Below the pieces are notes generated by a model. That model was not told the origin of the DNA. It was given only the letters and a program-made list of their open reading frames with translations, and made no database searches. From positions 77,748,001-77,812,000 of the forward strand of contig JANJGN010000017.1 in assembly GCA_026770705.1 (NCBI GenBank): a stretch of DNA of 64,000 nucleotides, in the 5' to 3' direction. Below, one piece after another: positions 38,801-52,375 of this stretch (position 1 is its first letter; each line of letters opens with the position of its first letter). This DNA comes from Isurus oxyrinchus (taxonomy: Eukaryota). Both the position numbers and the translations under genes were made by a program.

Positions 38801-39251
38801 TAGGTGCAAATGCCTTAAACCATGCACAGCATCACCTTGCCACATCTGTAAGCTTGAGGGGCTAAATGCCTATTCCTGTTCCTGTGTTTCCAAGAGTGAT
38901 AAAGCAGCCAATGACAAATGATGCGTGTGCCTCAAATTTCCAAGTGGCTTCTCCAGTGGGAGATTGGTTGAACCCGAAAATGACTAAGTTCAGACATTTG
39001 GGCTATTTCTCCAAGATTACCAGCAATGTTGCAATGCGAAAGCTCTGGAAATTCACAGCCAAATCTGTAGGTCACTTAATATGGGGGGAAGTGCTGCAGG
39101 TTAGAAGTTGATCATAGGCCGTTCTGGTTAAGTGATTTTCTGTACTGACTGCTGCAGGGTGGATTGCACATTAGTTTCCTTTCATTTTTACTGAAATCAT
39201 TCTCTCACCTGAGCATATTTTGAGTGTATTAACATGTTCTATTTTACATAG

Positions 39252-39334
39252 GGAAGAAACAGTTCCTCTGGTCATCTCATGATACAGAATACTCCAATAC
39301 GTGGCCGTATAGTACCATCAGTTCAGAGCCAAAG
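39252..39334 (+). CDS. MYPN: Myopalladin coding exon (GRNSSSGHLMIQNTPIRGRIVPSVQSQR)
   Basis: Acceptor tacatag|gga and donor ag|gtaggt; 83 nt, phase 0-2. Matches MYPN GRISCSGHLMVQ..PIR. Not in the ORF track. Confidence 0.9.
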
Positions 39335-40043
39335 GTAGGTTCATCTTAGTTGTCATGTCATATAATCTATTATTTTCCATTCTTACACGTAAAGTAATAG
39401 ATATTTTGGGTGTAGTAACTTGTCAATAATCTACCAATATCTGGATCCTGAATGCTACATGCAATGACCAAATCAGTCAGTTGGGACACTGACCCTCAGT
39501 TTTCAGTATGGGTTTACTATTGTGGCAATAATTTTCTGTTGTAGTCATAAAAACAGCAATGAAGGCCATGAAGGTTGATCCAATCAACTTCAGCCACTCT
39601 ACAATTTGAATACATAAATACATGTACACATGTTGAAACATGGGAACAGGCTCAAGGAGGCAAGGGGAGGCTATTCAGCCTCCTTGAGCCTGGTCTACTA
39701 TATAATTCATGTTTGATTTATATCTTAACACCATCTGCCTGTAGTGGTTCCATATCCTTCATGTTATGATCCTGTTAGGACTATTAAAATTTAACAAAGA
39801 AATCTGAACACCCAGTAATTAGCTGACAGAACTACACCATAAGATTCGCTATTTTTTTAAACAAAAACAATTTTATTGTTTTTTAAAAAGAAAATCTATA
39901 AAGCAAGCACCACTAATTTACAAACTGTACTTATAAAGACGTATGTTATAAACTCAGTTCTACATTTTACTTCCCCCAAGAGTTCCTTTTATCTTATGAA
40001 ATCTTGAAGGTTAATTCACTTTTCCTCTCCGGGACTAAACCAA

Positions 40044-40171
40044 GGGTGGGACTTTCCAACCCTGCCTGCCGCCAGGATCATCCGGTCCCACCGAAAGTCA
40101 ATGGACTTTTGGCTGGGCTGCCAAACCTCCTGCAACAGGTCCCACCATGACGGGCCAGAAAATCCCAGCCC
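40044..40171. mobile_element. Short Harbinger-type MITE (relative at 44472-44596)
   Basis: Imperfect TIRs gggtgggactttcc / gaaaatcccagccc; shares an internal caaaagtccattg motif with the 44472 copy. Confidence 0.6.
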
Positions 40172-40934
40172 AAAGGTATATCACCTCTCTGGAATTCACT
40201 CTGATTTATTTTCAGTGTTACAGCTATTCGCCAAGCTGCAAGATTTAATTGGGGTCCTTCCATTAGCCATTGGCTAAGTGACCCTCCAATTTCTTTAACA
40301 ACCACATGACTCTGGATTCTATAGCTCCAGCATGGGCCTCCCTGAAGCAGTGAGTTAAAATTTCAGAAAACACCATCGGCTTCCAATAGCCCTCTGCTAT
40401 GGTTTAAAACTACAACTAAGCTGATTTCTTTCAGAACTCCAACTATAACAATGTTATCTGCCTTTCACAGAGGATTGCTGTAGATTCAATCATTTTTCCC
40501 CTTACCAACTTTGTCTTATATTGAATACCAGCTCCCGATTGCAGATTGCTCCATCATGGACAATAAATCTAGCATTTATTGTACTTCAGGTGTAGGTCTG
40601 GCTTTATCTCTCAACCTTCAAGGATCTGCAAGCTACATAAGACCCAAGTCTGACATAGTCTCTTAGCTGCTTTTCCAAACATCAACCAATCTTGCCTGCT
40701 GCTACGCCCTAAATGAATTCGCAGAGATAACTCAAAACAAAGAATCTCACTGAGCTCCACTTATCTCCATGGTAATGTGACACACACAGCCTGTTCCCCA
40801 GTAAAAATGCAAACTAACTATCTTTTAATTCCAAAGCTTTCCTTAATTCTGGAAAACCATATGAATAACTTATCCTTTATTGGAATAACTTCAAAAGTCA
40901 TGTCTCCAGTTCTTTAGCTCAGTAAGCCCACCTG

Positions 40935-41460
40935 CAACATAGGACTCAGGAGCAAGTATGTAGGTAGGACATTCAGCCTCTCAAGTCTGCTCCACTGTTC
41001 AGTAAGATCATGGCTGTTCTGGTTGTGGTCTCGACTCCTCTTTGCTATCTTCACCCCATAACCCTTGACTCCTTTGTCTATCAAAAATCTGTCTAACTCT
41101 GCCTTGAATAAAGTCAATGACCCAGCCTCCACTGCTTTCTGGGAAAGAGAATTCCACAGACTAATGATCCTCTGAGAGAAGAAATTCCTCCTCATCTCTG
41201 TCTTAAACAGTAGACCTCTTATTCTTGAACTGTGTCGCCTAGTTCTAGTCTCTCCTACAAATAGAAATATCCTCCCAGTATCTATTCCATCAAATCTCCT
41301 CAGAATCTTATATGTTTTAAAAAGTCACCTCACATTCTATTAAACTCTAATAGGTAAAGGCCCATCCTGTTCAGCCTTGCTTCATAAGATAAGCTTCTCA
41401 TTCCAGGAATGAATCAAGTGAACCTTCTCTGAACCTTCTAACACAATAATATGTGTTCCC
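40935..41460 (-). mobile_element. CR1 LINE 3' fragment
   Basis: MRRNFFSQRIISLWNSL..KAVEA...FKAELDRFL. Confidence 0.8.
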
Positions 41461-41464
41461 AAAA

Positions 41465-44180
41465 TGGGGAGGCGATGGGGTAGTGGTATTATCTCTGGAC
41501 TAGTAATCCAGAGACCCAGGGTTAATGCTCTGGGGGCCTGGGTTCAAATCCAACCATGGCAGATGGAATCAATACAAATCTGGAATTAAAAGTCTAACAA
41601 TTGTTAATTGTTATAAATTTCCATCTGGTTCACTACAAAGGAAATCTACTGGCCTACATGTGACTCCAGAATAGGCAGGGTCCTGCCCTACCAGCAGAAC
41701 AGACCCAACAGAAGAGGTGACACAGTGATATACAGTTGGGAGGGAGTTGCCTTGGGTGTCTTGTCAAACCTGGACCCCATGAAGTCTCATGGCATCAGGT
41801 CAAACATGTGCAAGGAAACCATGGGCTGATTACTAGGAACCGACACCCCCTCAGCTGATGAATCAGTGCTGATTCACTGATGGTGGCAAGGGCCTTGTAC
41901 CTTGGGTAGGGGAGTGGCTCGGTAGCATCACTACTGACTGAGCTGGCTGAGTCCCAGTCCTAAAGGACATGGTTGCTGGACTGGGTCTGTGGCAAGTGGT
42001 AAGGGAACCAACAAAAAAGGAGAAACATACTTCACCTCATCCTCACCATTTTCTGCAGATGCATCTGTCCATAACAATATCGGTAGGCATGGACCTGGTC
42101 CCGAGTCCTGCCTGAGGATGCCCTCCATCATGTTCTGTGGCACTACCATTGTGCCAAATGGGATAAATTTGGAACAGATCTAGCAACCCAATCCATCAAC
42201 AGCAGCAAAATTCCAATCAAACACAATCCGTAACCTCATGGCCCAGCATATCCCCCACTCTGCCATTACCACCAAGCCAGGGGATCAATTCTGGTTCAAT
42301 GAAGAGTGCAGGACGGCATGCCAGGAGCAGCACCAGGCATACCTAAAAATGAGGTGTCAACCTGATGAAGATACAACACAGGACTACATGCGTAAATAGC
42401 AAATGATAGACAGAGCTAAGCAATCCCACAACCAACGGATCTAAGCTCTGCAGTCATGCACATCCAACCATGAATAGTTGTGAACAATTAAACAACTCAC
42501 TGGAGGAGGAGGCTCCACAAACATCCCCATCCTCAATGATGGGGGAGCCCAGCACAGCAGTGCAAAAGGCTGAAGCATTTGCTACAATTTTTAGCTAGAA
42601 GTGCCCAGTGGACAATCCATCTCAGCCTCCTCTTCAGATGCCAGTTTTTAGCCAATTCTGTTCATTCCACGTGATATCAAGAAACGGCTCAAGGCACTGG
42701 ATAGTGCAAAGGCTATGGGCCCTGACAATATTCTGGCAATAGTACTGAAGACTTGTGCTCCAGAAATTGCCACACCCCTAGCCAAGCTGTTCCAGTCTAG
42801 CTACAACAGTGGCATATACCCAGCCATGTGGAAAATTGCCCAGGTATGTGCTGAACACAAAAAGCAGGACAAATCCAACCCGGCCACTTACTACCCCATC
42901 AGACAACTCTCGATCATCAGTAAAGTAATGGAAGGGGTCATCAACAGTGCTATCAAGTGGCACTTGCTTAGAAATAACCTGCTTACTGATGCCCAGTTTG
43001 GGTTCCACCAGGGCCACTCAGCTCCTGACCTCGTTATAGACTTGATTCAAACATGGACAAAAGAGCTGAACTCCCGAGGTGAGATGAGAGTGACTGCCCT
43101 TGACACCAAGGCTACATCTGGATGAATGTGGCATCAAGGAGCCATAGCAAAACTGGAGTCAATGGGAATCAGGGGGAAAACACTCATTCATACCTAGCAC
43201 AAAGGAAGGTGGTTGTGGTTGTTGGAGGTCAGTCAGCTCAGCTCCAGGACATCACTGCAGGAGTTCCTCAGAGTATTGTCCTCAGCCCAACCATCTTCAG
43301 CTGCTTTATCAATGACCTTCCTTCTATCATAAGGTCAGAAGTGCGGATATGCACTGATGATTTCACTATTTGCGACTCCTCAGATACTGAAACAGTCCAT
43401 GTCCAAATGCGGCAAGACCTGGGCAACATCCAGGCTTGGGCTGACATGTGGCAAGTATCATTTGTGCCACACAAGTACCAGGCAATGACCATCTCCAGCA
43501 CGAGAGAATCTAACCATTGCCCCTTGATGATTATCCTGGGGGTTAGCATTGACCAGAAACTGAACTGGAATAGCTATATAAATACTGGCTACAAGAGCAG
43601 GTCAGAGGCTAGGAATCCTGCGACAAGTAACTTATCTCCTGACTCTCCAAAGCCTGTCCATCATCTTCAAGGCATAAGTCAGGAGTGTCTTGGAATACTC
43701 CCCATTTGTGGATGAATGCAGCTCCCACAACACTGAAGGAGCTGGACCGTCCAGGACAAAGTAGCATGCTTAATTGGCACCACATCCACAAACATTCACT
43801 CCCTCCAGTACCAACACACAGTAGCAGCAGTGAGTACCATCTAGAAGAATTCACCAAGGCTTGTTAGACAGCACCTTCCAAACCCATGACCACTGCCATC
43901 TAGAAGGACAAGGGCAGCGATAGATGGGAACACCACCACGTGGAGGTTCCCCTCCAAGTTACCATTCTGACTTGGAAATATATAGCCGTTCCTTCATTGT
44001 CGCTGGATCAAAATCCTGGAACTCCCTTCCTAACAGCACTATGGGTGTACCAACACCACATGGACTACAACAATTTAAGAAGGCAGCTCACCACCACCTT
44101 CTGAAGGACAGCTAGAGATGGGCAATAAATGCTGACCCAGCCAGCAAAGCCCACATCCTGCGAATGAATAAAGAAAAAAT
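41465..44180 (+). mobile_element. tRNA-headed CR1-group LINE derivative (EN and RT remnants)
   Basis: Head with A- and B-boxes (tggggtagtgg...ggttcaaatcc). RT pieces GPDNI..VLK.CAPE, QFGFHQGHS, GVPQS..LSP..F..FINDLP. 3' tail gggcaataaatgctg...gaataaagaaaaaa. Confidence 0.82.
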
Positions 44181-45129
44181 TCAAATAAGGAAACCAAAAT
44201 GCCATTTTATGATCTTACTTCTTTAGCTGTTAACCTCTTAACAGGGCCCTAATGTTTTTAGTGTAATATACTCCAAGCTTGGTTGAATTGCATTTACTTC
44301 AGGGCTGCTTATCAGTTTCTTAACCTGATGCCTCTATTTTCTACAGTTAAAACTTTAATTCCTAAAGCTAAAAGTTATATTTTAAAAGCTATGAATTATG
44401 AACTAGATATTTACAAAACTTGATACCTTTACAAAACAATAATCTTAGTTTTGAAATCCTCGATTGACCTAGGCTGGGATTTTCCTGCCCTGCCCTGATG
44501 GGACCCACCATCAGTATGAGGTGTCTCAGCCAAAAGTCCATTGTCTTTTGGCTGGAGCGGATGATCATGGTGGTGGGCGGGGCAGGAAAACCCACCTCTC
44601 ATCTCAGCAGCTTTTGTGGGAGAGAGTTCAAGATTTCCAAATAGCTTTATATAAAAAAGTGCTCCCTGATATTGACTTGGTTTTAATTTTAAGCACTTGA
44701 TCTGGACTTCCCCAGTCAAAGAAAATAATTTCTCTCTATCTATCCTATCAAATCCTTTCATTATCTTAAACATCTCAATTAGAACACACATTAATTTTCT
44801 ATACAGGTATTCAAGGGAATATAGGTTTGGTCTATGCAACATCATAATTTAGCTTTGTTAACTGCAGGCCTTAGTAACTTGTCAAGGATACTGTTGGGTT
44901 TAACCTGATTTCAAAGATGAACATTCCATATAATTTAACGAACTGATGAGGTGATAGTGACAAGACCAATTTTTTGTTATCATGGCTACCATCATCCTTT
45001 TGTAGGAATGGAATGAATAGAAGATACAGGAATAAAGGTGGAGAACTCGAGCCATCCTTAACAGAAACTTTCAACATCATTTCTGTTTAAATGCGCTCAA
45101 AATATTTAGTAACATAATTTGACATCAAA

Positions 45130-48100
45130 GGGCAGAATTTTGAATTCGGCACACAGGTGCAATCGGTGGGCCTGGGAGTAGCCAGGAAATGTGCTGTCAC
45201 CCGTGTTCGGCCCCTCCCTGACCGTGATTTCAAGCTCGCGGGCCAATTAAAGCCTGTTGAGTGTGAACGGCGGCTCCCCAATGACCAAGAAGTGGCGTGC
45301 AAGGGAAGGGGCCTATTGGCTGCCTGGTCCAATGGCGACCTGGTGGCCAGTTTAAAACCAGCACAGTCAGCCCTGAAAGGCTGCCAGTGATGAAGACATC
45401 TTCGGTGTTGTCAACAGGAGATTATAAATTATGGATTCAAATGTAGCTGCAGATGCCAGATGGGAGGACAGATCGGGCAGGCACTCGGCCTCACGGTTTT
45501 CTGATGAGTACCTCGCGGTCCTCTTGGAGGAGATGGCTGCCAGGAGGGACACCCTTGTCCCCAGGAATGGAAGGAGGAGGTCACTGCACCTTTCAAAAAG
45601 AGCTTGGGAGGAGGTGGCAGCGCTGGTCAGCAGCCATGATGTTGTGCAACGCATCAGGATTCAGTAGCACAAGAGGTTTGATGACCTGCTGCGCTCAGGA
45701 AGGGTGAGTACTATGTTGGCATGGATCAGTGTGTTGAAGTGTTAAGGGCTGGCCATACCCCAATGGAGGGGTGTTAGAGTCTGAGTGCTAACTGTCAATG
45801 ATGCCAGAGCTAACCAAGGGGGTGAGCCCTGGCTGCTTGGACTGAGTGCCTTGTGGCTCAAGGGCCACAACTCGGATGTGCCCTGCAAGATGCTCCTGAG
45901 ATGGGATTGGCCATGCTGCAGTGGCGCTGCAGGTAGAAAGTGGACTAACCAATGCTCCTCTGTCCTTTCAGGACAAGATGGCCCATAACAACATTGAGGA
46001 GCAAAGGACAGGCAGCAACCCCCCCCCAAACCTCCCAATCCTAACCAGGTATGGGCAGGATGCCTCGGAGCTGGAGAGGCACTATGCACCTCGGTCAACT
46101 GGCCGCAGAGAGGCTGGGGTGTCAGATGAAGGTAAGAGTGCAGTGCACAGTGGTGAGAGTTTCAGATGGTGCAAACATTCATCACTGAATGGGAGCCTCA
46201 AAACTGGATTCCCGTTGATCATTGAAAGATGATGGCACCATGATGCAGATCTCCATTGTCTCACCAGGGTGCCTAGCACGCACAGTTACAGTGTGGTGGC
46301 TAAGGGTGACATGTTCTCCCTTAGATTTGCCACCCAATTGCAGCAACCCAAAGAGCCACCCCTGACACCAGAGGACCACCAGGCTCTAGATGCACCTGCA
46401 TCACACCCGCTTTCTCAACCAGGCACCAGCGCAGATTTCAGCACCTCGGTGGGTGTTAGATCTTCAGCTAGAACGTCGGTGCATATTGGTGAGGGCACTT
46501 TACACTCACTGGAGATACAGGAGGAGGCAGGGAGTGTCCAGGGCACCAGCAGTCAGAGGACTGCTGGAGACCAGGACGATATTGAGCCAAAGGCAGATGA
46601 TGAGCCTCTGGAGTTGTCCATTAGGCGACAGAGGCTGGATATCCAGTGGAATGTGTGGGAAGATCTGGCGGAGATCCATGGACGTGGGGAAGATGTTTCC
46701 ATTAGTAGGAGAGACTAGGACCCAAGGGCACAGCCACAGAGTAAAGGGAAGACCTTTTAGAACGGAAATGAGGAGAAACTCCTTTAGCCAGAGAGTGGTG
46801 AATCTATGGAATTCATTGCCACAGAAGATGTGGAGGCCAGGTCATTGAGTGTATTTAAGACCCAGATAGATAGGTTCTTGATTGGTAAGAGGATCAAAGG
46901 TTACAGGGAGAAGGCGGGAGAATGGGGTTGAGAAACTTATCAGCCATGATAGAATGGTGGAGCAGACTCGATGGGCTGAATGGCATAATTTCTGCTCCTA
47001 TGTCTTATGGTCTATGAGGGTACACGTGCCATGGTCTCCGTTGTGGAGGAGTCCATGCGGAGCATTAGCACTGCGCTGACCCTCATGGCTGAGTGCACTG
47101 CCTCCTCCATTAAGAGAGTGGCGACTCTCATGGAGAGGCAGCTCCAGGAACAGAATCCGGGGTTCCTGGGGTTGTGTTCGGACCTGCAAGCCCTCACACA
47201 GACATTGACCTCAGGTGGTCAGTGTCCATATGGGAGATGGATGAGGTACCCAGTATCCCAGCTAGGTGCTCATTCATCAACCTCATGTTGGCGTATGAGC
47301 TGCCTGTCATCTTTGCGGGCTCCTCTCAGAGCGCTCCGGATGATGGCAACAGCTCTTCCACCCCTCTGCCAGTGGCCGTGTAATCTGATGAGGCTGCGGC
47401 AACTGGGGAGATGCCAGCTGTGGAACTTGCCGCTCCCTCCCATGCGGGGCCAGCACAGCCTCCACTGGCCAGAGGACACCCACCAACGTTATCAAGGCCA
47501 ACAGAACAGCAGAGTCAGCAGGCTGTCTCCAATGCTGGTGCTAGTGAAATGGGTGCACCAAGACATAGCACTTGCAAACATAAGTTTAAGGTGCCATGAG
47601 CACAAGAGGGACTGGTCACGGGTAATCTTCTGTTGTGCAATGTTTTATTTATGTTTACTGCTCTGGGGTTGAAGACCAGAGAAGGTGCTGTTAATTTGTT
47701 TTGACTGTCAACATGAGATAAATTTTCTTTTGTCGTAATGGCCTGAGTATAGTATGCTTCACCTTTTTTGTTTAATGTGGTGCAGGGTACGCCGGTATAT
47801 AATGCTGGACATAAGTGGCGCGAAACTTAATTGCACTGAATGGACTTTGAGGTCAAAAGAAAGGGTCATTGCAGGCATTCGGGATGGAGGCGGCAGCCCT
47901 GGCATGAGGTGGTAGCACTTATTTGGCAGCCTAGCTGAAGGAGCATTGGATCAAGGCACCCCTGGTGTCCCTGCCTCCCTGGAGGTTACAGAGGTCTGCC
48001 TCCATGCTCTCAGCATTCTCCTCACTGTGCTCCTCTTCTGACTGACTCCTAGCTTCATCATCTGCGGCCTGTGGAGCTGTATCAAGATCCTCTTCCTCCA

Positions 48101-49627
48101 GTAGGTTCCCCCTTGCCAATGCCTGATTGTGGAGAGCTTGCAACCACTATTAGTGACACCCACTTTGGGGGGGGGTATCGTAGTGCTTCACCTGAACAGT
48201 CGAGGCATTAGAATTGAATCTTCAGAAGACCAATGGTTCTCTATCACCGCCCTTGTGGAGCCATGGCTCCTGTTATACCGCTGCTCTGCCTCTGTTCTTG
48301 GTGGGGAGGTGTCATAACCCACCTTTCAAGATATAGCCCTTGTCACCCAGCAGCCATTCATGCAGTCGGGCTGGAGCACTTAAGGTCCTCGGCACCTGGG
48401 AGTGTCTCAGGATGTAAGCGTCGTGGGAGCTGCCTGGGTACCTTGCACAGATTTGCAGAATCAGCATCAAGTGGTAACACACTATCTGCACGTCCATGGA
48501 GTGGAAGCCCTTCCTGTTGACGAAGGCACTGTACTCACCTGCTGGTGTCTTGATGGCCACATGTGTACAGTCTATTGCACCCTGGACGCGGGGGAAGCCA
48601 GCAAACACTGCAAATCCTCTGGCTCACTCAGTCTGGCTGTCCGTATGGAAATGAATGAAAGTCAATACCCAGCTGAACAGAGCTTCTGTCACCAGCTTGA
48701 TGCAACTGTGGACAGCTGATTGGGAGACTCCACATAGATCCCCCACTGAGCCCTGGAAGCAGCAAGAGGCATTCAAGTTGAGGGCCACTGTGACCTTCAG
48801 AGCTAATTGAATGGGGTGTCCACCCACACAGTAGGAGCTGATCTCAGGCCCAATCATCTGACAGATGGAGGTCATTGTCTCCCTTGAGAGGCGGAGCCTC
48901 CTTCGGCATTGAGCCTTGGACATACTGAGGTAGCTGCATTGCCGCCCGTAAACCCTGGCTGCAGGGTAGTGGCATCTTCTGCTGCCCCTAACGATTTGGA
49001 ATGCCAGCTGTGCCTGTGCCTCTCTTCCCACAGGTCGCTCCTCTGGAAGTTGCATTGGGACACCTGGCCTCTTCTCCCTTCTGCCCCTCTCTTTCTTCTC
49101 AGAGGAGATGACACCAGTGGAGACCACAATCCTGATTAGCAGGGGTAAGGGAAGGCTGTCTGATATATGGAAGGGTCCACACGGTCAGAATTCTCCGGGG
49201 TCCTACAAGAAACCAAGGAGCCCTGAAATGACGCCTGGAAACGTGAGCAATGAAGCCCCGAACAGTGATGAAGCTGCCATATACCACTAAGTCACTAGCA
49301 ACAAGCAATCTGCCAAACTCGTCACTACTCACACTGGCAATTCTGCTGACCCTTTTAACTCTGTCCTTGAATGAGGATTTTGAAATTATCGGCTGGCCGC
49401 CTGCCCGAATTGCTCATGCGATGAGTGTAAAACCGCACGGTCAATGAAAAATAGGGGTCAATTGCCTTTTTAATGGCCTTAGCTGGCCTCTTAATTAATG
49501 GCCGGCGTAGCTCCGGCACCTGCCAACTGAAATATCGCACAAATACGCTCACCTGACGTCATCATGCTCTATTTTACACTCGAGCGGGTCGGGCACATGC
49601 CTGGCCACTCAGTAAAAAATTCTGGCC
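45130..49627. mobile_element. Near-complete PIF/Harbinger transposon: spliced Myb/SANT-like gene (+, 45431-47599) convergent with transposase (-, ~49130-47931)
   Basis: TIRs gggcagaatttt / aaaattctggcc with a 3-bp TSD AAA. Transposase motifs GAIDCTHV, NRKGFHS, YPGSSHD, LLGDKGY. Both genes carry stops or frameshifts. Confidence 0.92.
46685..47012 (+). mobile_element. CR1 3' fragment nested in the Harbinger Myb gene
   Basis: KMFPLVGETRTQGH...RTEMRRNSFSQRVVNLWNSLP and a tail tcttatggtctatg. Confidence 0.85.
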
Positions 49628-49680
49628 AAAAGATATAATTTGGAAAGAGGCATAAAAAAACGATCTTTAAGCATGCCGTA

Positions 49681-49790
49681 CCACCCCCCCCCCCCCCCAC
49701 CACCACCACCACCACCCCCCCCCCCCCCCCCCCCACCCCCCCCCACCCCCCCCCACTCCTTCCCGCTACCACCCCCCTAGGCATGCTTAC
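49681..49790. repeat. C-rich low-complexity tract (another at ~63123-63175)
   Basis: Poly-C and (CCA)n runs visible directly. Confidence 0.8.
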
Positions 49791-51718
49791 ACTCCAGGCC
49801 CCAAACCCTAGTCTCTCAGCCTCACTTTCTCTTCAGGCCTCAGATTTTCCACCAGCCTTGACCTCACTCTTTCCCCTCGGCCTCAATCTCTCCCTACGGC
49901 ACCAGTCCCAAGCTCTCCTCCCCCCACCCCCAGACTCGGTCCCACTCTCCATCCCATCCAGTGATAGTGACTTACAGAGGGGAGGTGGCACCTTGAGCTT
50001 GGCCCATCACAGGAAGGAACTCTACAGGCTGCATCTGAGCTACTGCAACAACCAATCACAAAGCGATTTAAAGGCAGCTGGCTTTGCTTCAAGCATTGCT
50101 GAATGCATCATTCATGTGCATGTTTCTTAGATATGGTCATGTGATAATTAGTCCTTTCTATTGAGGTTTGTCAGTGAAGAAATGTCTTGGGGACTGTATT
50201 GTTACAGTTCTGTTATCTATTCTGCCTATGCCCTGGGGAACTTGAATTGTCTTCCATTCAAGTATATCTCTCAAATTGCTGCTAATAATACTTGGTGAAT
50301 TAGACAAGGAGGCTGTTGTGTCATAGAATAAAGCATTTACAAGTTCCTGAAACTGCGGTAGATAGCATACTAGATCACAGCCACTACAGCCTATAGCAGG
50401 ATCTAGCAGTGTAAACATGAATGCAATCCTCACTTTTATTACCACAGTTAAAACAGTTCTATTGGTTGACGGTGTGTCCAGACCTGGATGTAGAAGATAG
50501 TGACTGCATCTTTGTTAATGGCCCAGATTTTCCATTCCCAATTGCAGTGCATGCTGAGACGTTCAGCACTATTGAAGGCTACAGTGGCACTGTAACTTGC
50601 AGCGATCTCACTTGTGCCAAGATATGGAAATTGTGGTGTGTCTCAATGGGCTCTGGATGAGTGTAAGCTACACAATGCATGTATAACACACTGGATCATC
50701 TGGGACTTATAAAAACTCGATGATCTCATTTGATGTCAGTTGAATGCTTGTGAGTACTTTGAAGGCAGTTAAATATTGCTAAATGATAACAAAAGATGTT
50801 GTTTGAGCACTGTATGATTTCATTTGATGTCAATTGATAATTAATGTCAGCTGACCGCTATTTGATTACATGGGATGTCAAATGATGGCTAAACGATGAC
50901 TTTTGAGTGCAGATTATGTCAAATGATGGTTAAATGACACTTTGGAGCGCAGACAATCGCAAGTGAATACATATGATGCCTGTTGCATGCAAATGATGTC
51001 AACATTTTCTGGTAGGGATATGTCTAAAGGAAAGTCTGTTGCTTTACTTAAAAGACCTTACCTTGGTCTAAGCAGTGAGGCTTGTGTGAACTTCTGCACT
51101 TTTTGCATTAAAGGTCATAATAAGGTCTTGCTTAATTTTGTTATTGGATAATTTCAATTAACATGAGCATAAAGAGTGAATATTATGGGCCAAATAACTG
51201 TGTCTTGGTTTTAAAAACTGTTTTGGTAGAATTGCAAGCATCTGTTTCTATACCATGCAGATCAACTGTTATACAAATAGCACCAATTGACTTTGTTCCC
51301 TACCTTCCTTGAGTGTGATTAACTGCACTTAAGTGGAAATAAATATGGTAACAATCTATCCCTGTCTTACACCAGTTGCAAATGTTTTCACTTGGTCAAT
51401 GTGCTGAACTTTATATGTGGATACAAGGCATTCAGGCAAAATATAATTCCTTTATCTTCAGTCATTCATCTCAAATATTTAATTATTTTCTGCTCCCGTT
51501 GGCCGAAGGATCAAGAGCCAGAGGACACAGATTTAAGGAGATTGGCATAAGAAACATTGGTAACATAAGGAAAACCTTTTTTACTCAGAGAATGGTTAGG
51601 ATCTGGAATGCATTGCCTGAGACTATGATGGAGGCAGATTCAATCGTGGCTTCCAAAAGAGAATTGGATCATTACCTGAAGAGAAAAAATTGCAGGGTTA
51701 CAGGGAAAAGGCAGTTCT

Positions 51719-51857
51719 GGTATGATAGCCAAGTGGTTATGGTACTGTGCTTGTAACCCCAAGATCAAGAGTTCAAATCTCACCATGGCAAATTATGAAA
51801 CAATGTAATTTCATCTGAATAGGAACAGATGGAAATGTGTTTGTACTCAAAAGAGTT
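51719..51857 (+). mobile_element. Solo copy of the tRNA-Thr-derived short element, inserted in a CR1 3' fragment (~51480-51960)
   Basis: Same head and tail as the array units; TSD ttacagggaaaaggcag on both sides (~51698-51714 and ~51857-51873). Confidence 0.88.
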
Positions 51858-52375
51858 ACAGGGAAAAGGCAGGGGGGTGGTACTAGGTGAATTGTTCTTG
51901 CATAGACATGACAGGCCAAAGGCCTCCTCCTCTGCTGTAACCATTCTACAATTCTATTTTTGTTTCTTTTCCTCAATGATCTTGTCACAATTATTTTCTA
52001 ATGCAACTTCTGTGCCATTGGAATGCAAGCAATTACCTAGATGAGAAGTGAAAGGGTAAAGCAGTAACACTACAAAGAAAATGAATAGCTAACTAGAATT
52101 AGAAGCTGAGATACATAATTCAAGAAAGAAATCAGGTTGGCAACATGATGTCCTCTAAATAGAAAGTTAAAATAGGTTAAGTTTCCAATAAATTAAGTTA
52201 CTAAATACATTTCACACTGGCCTAGCAATTCAAAATAACAACTTGGATACAGATGTTTCCTCACTTATTGAATTTGATTGCACATTTCACTGCCTGCATC
52301 TTACCTGAGAAAGAAATCAAATGAATAATATCTAATTGCCCATGGTAATACAATTCGTCATGTATTAAATAACAG

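Noticed and set aside
39762-40915. Minus-strand solo LTR
   Set aside because: Starts with tgttatg and has a reverse AATAAA, but no matching terminus or TSD could be identified.
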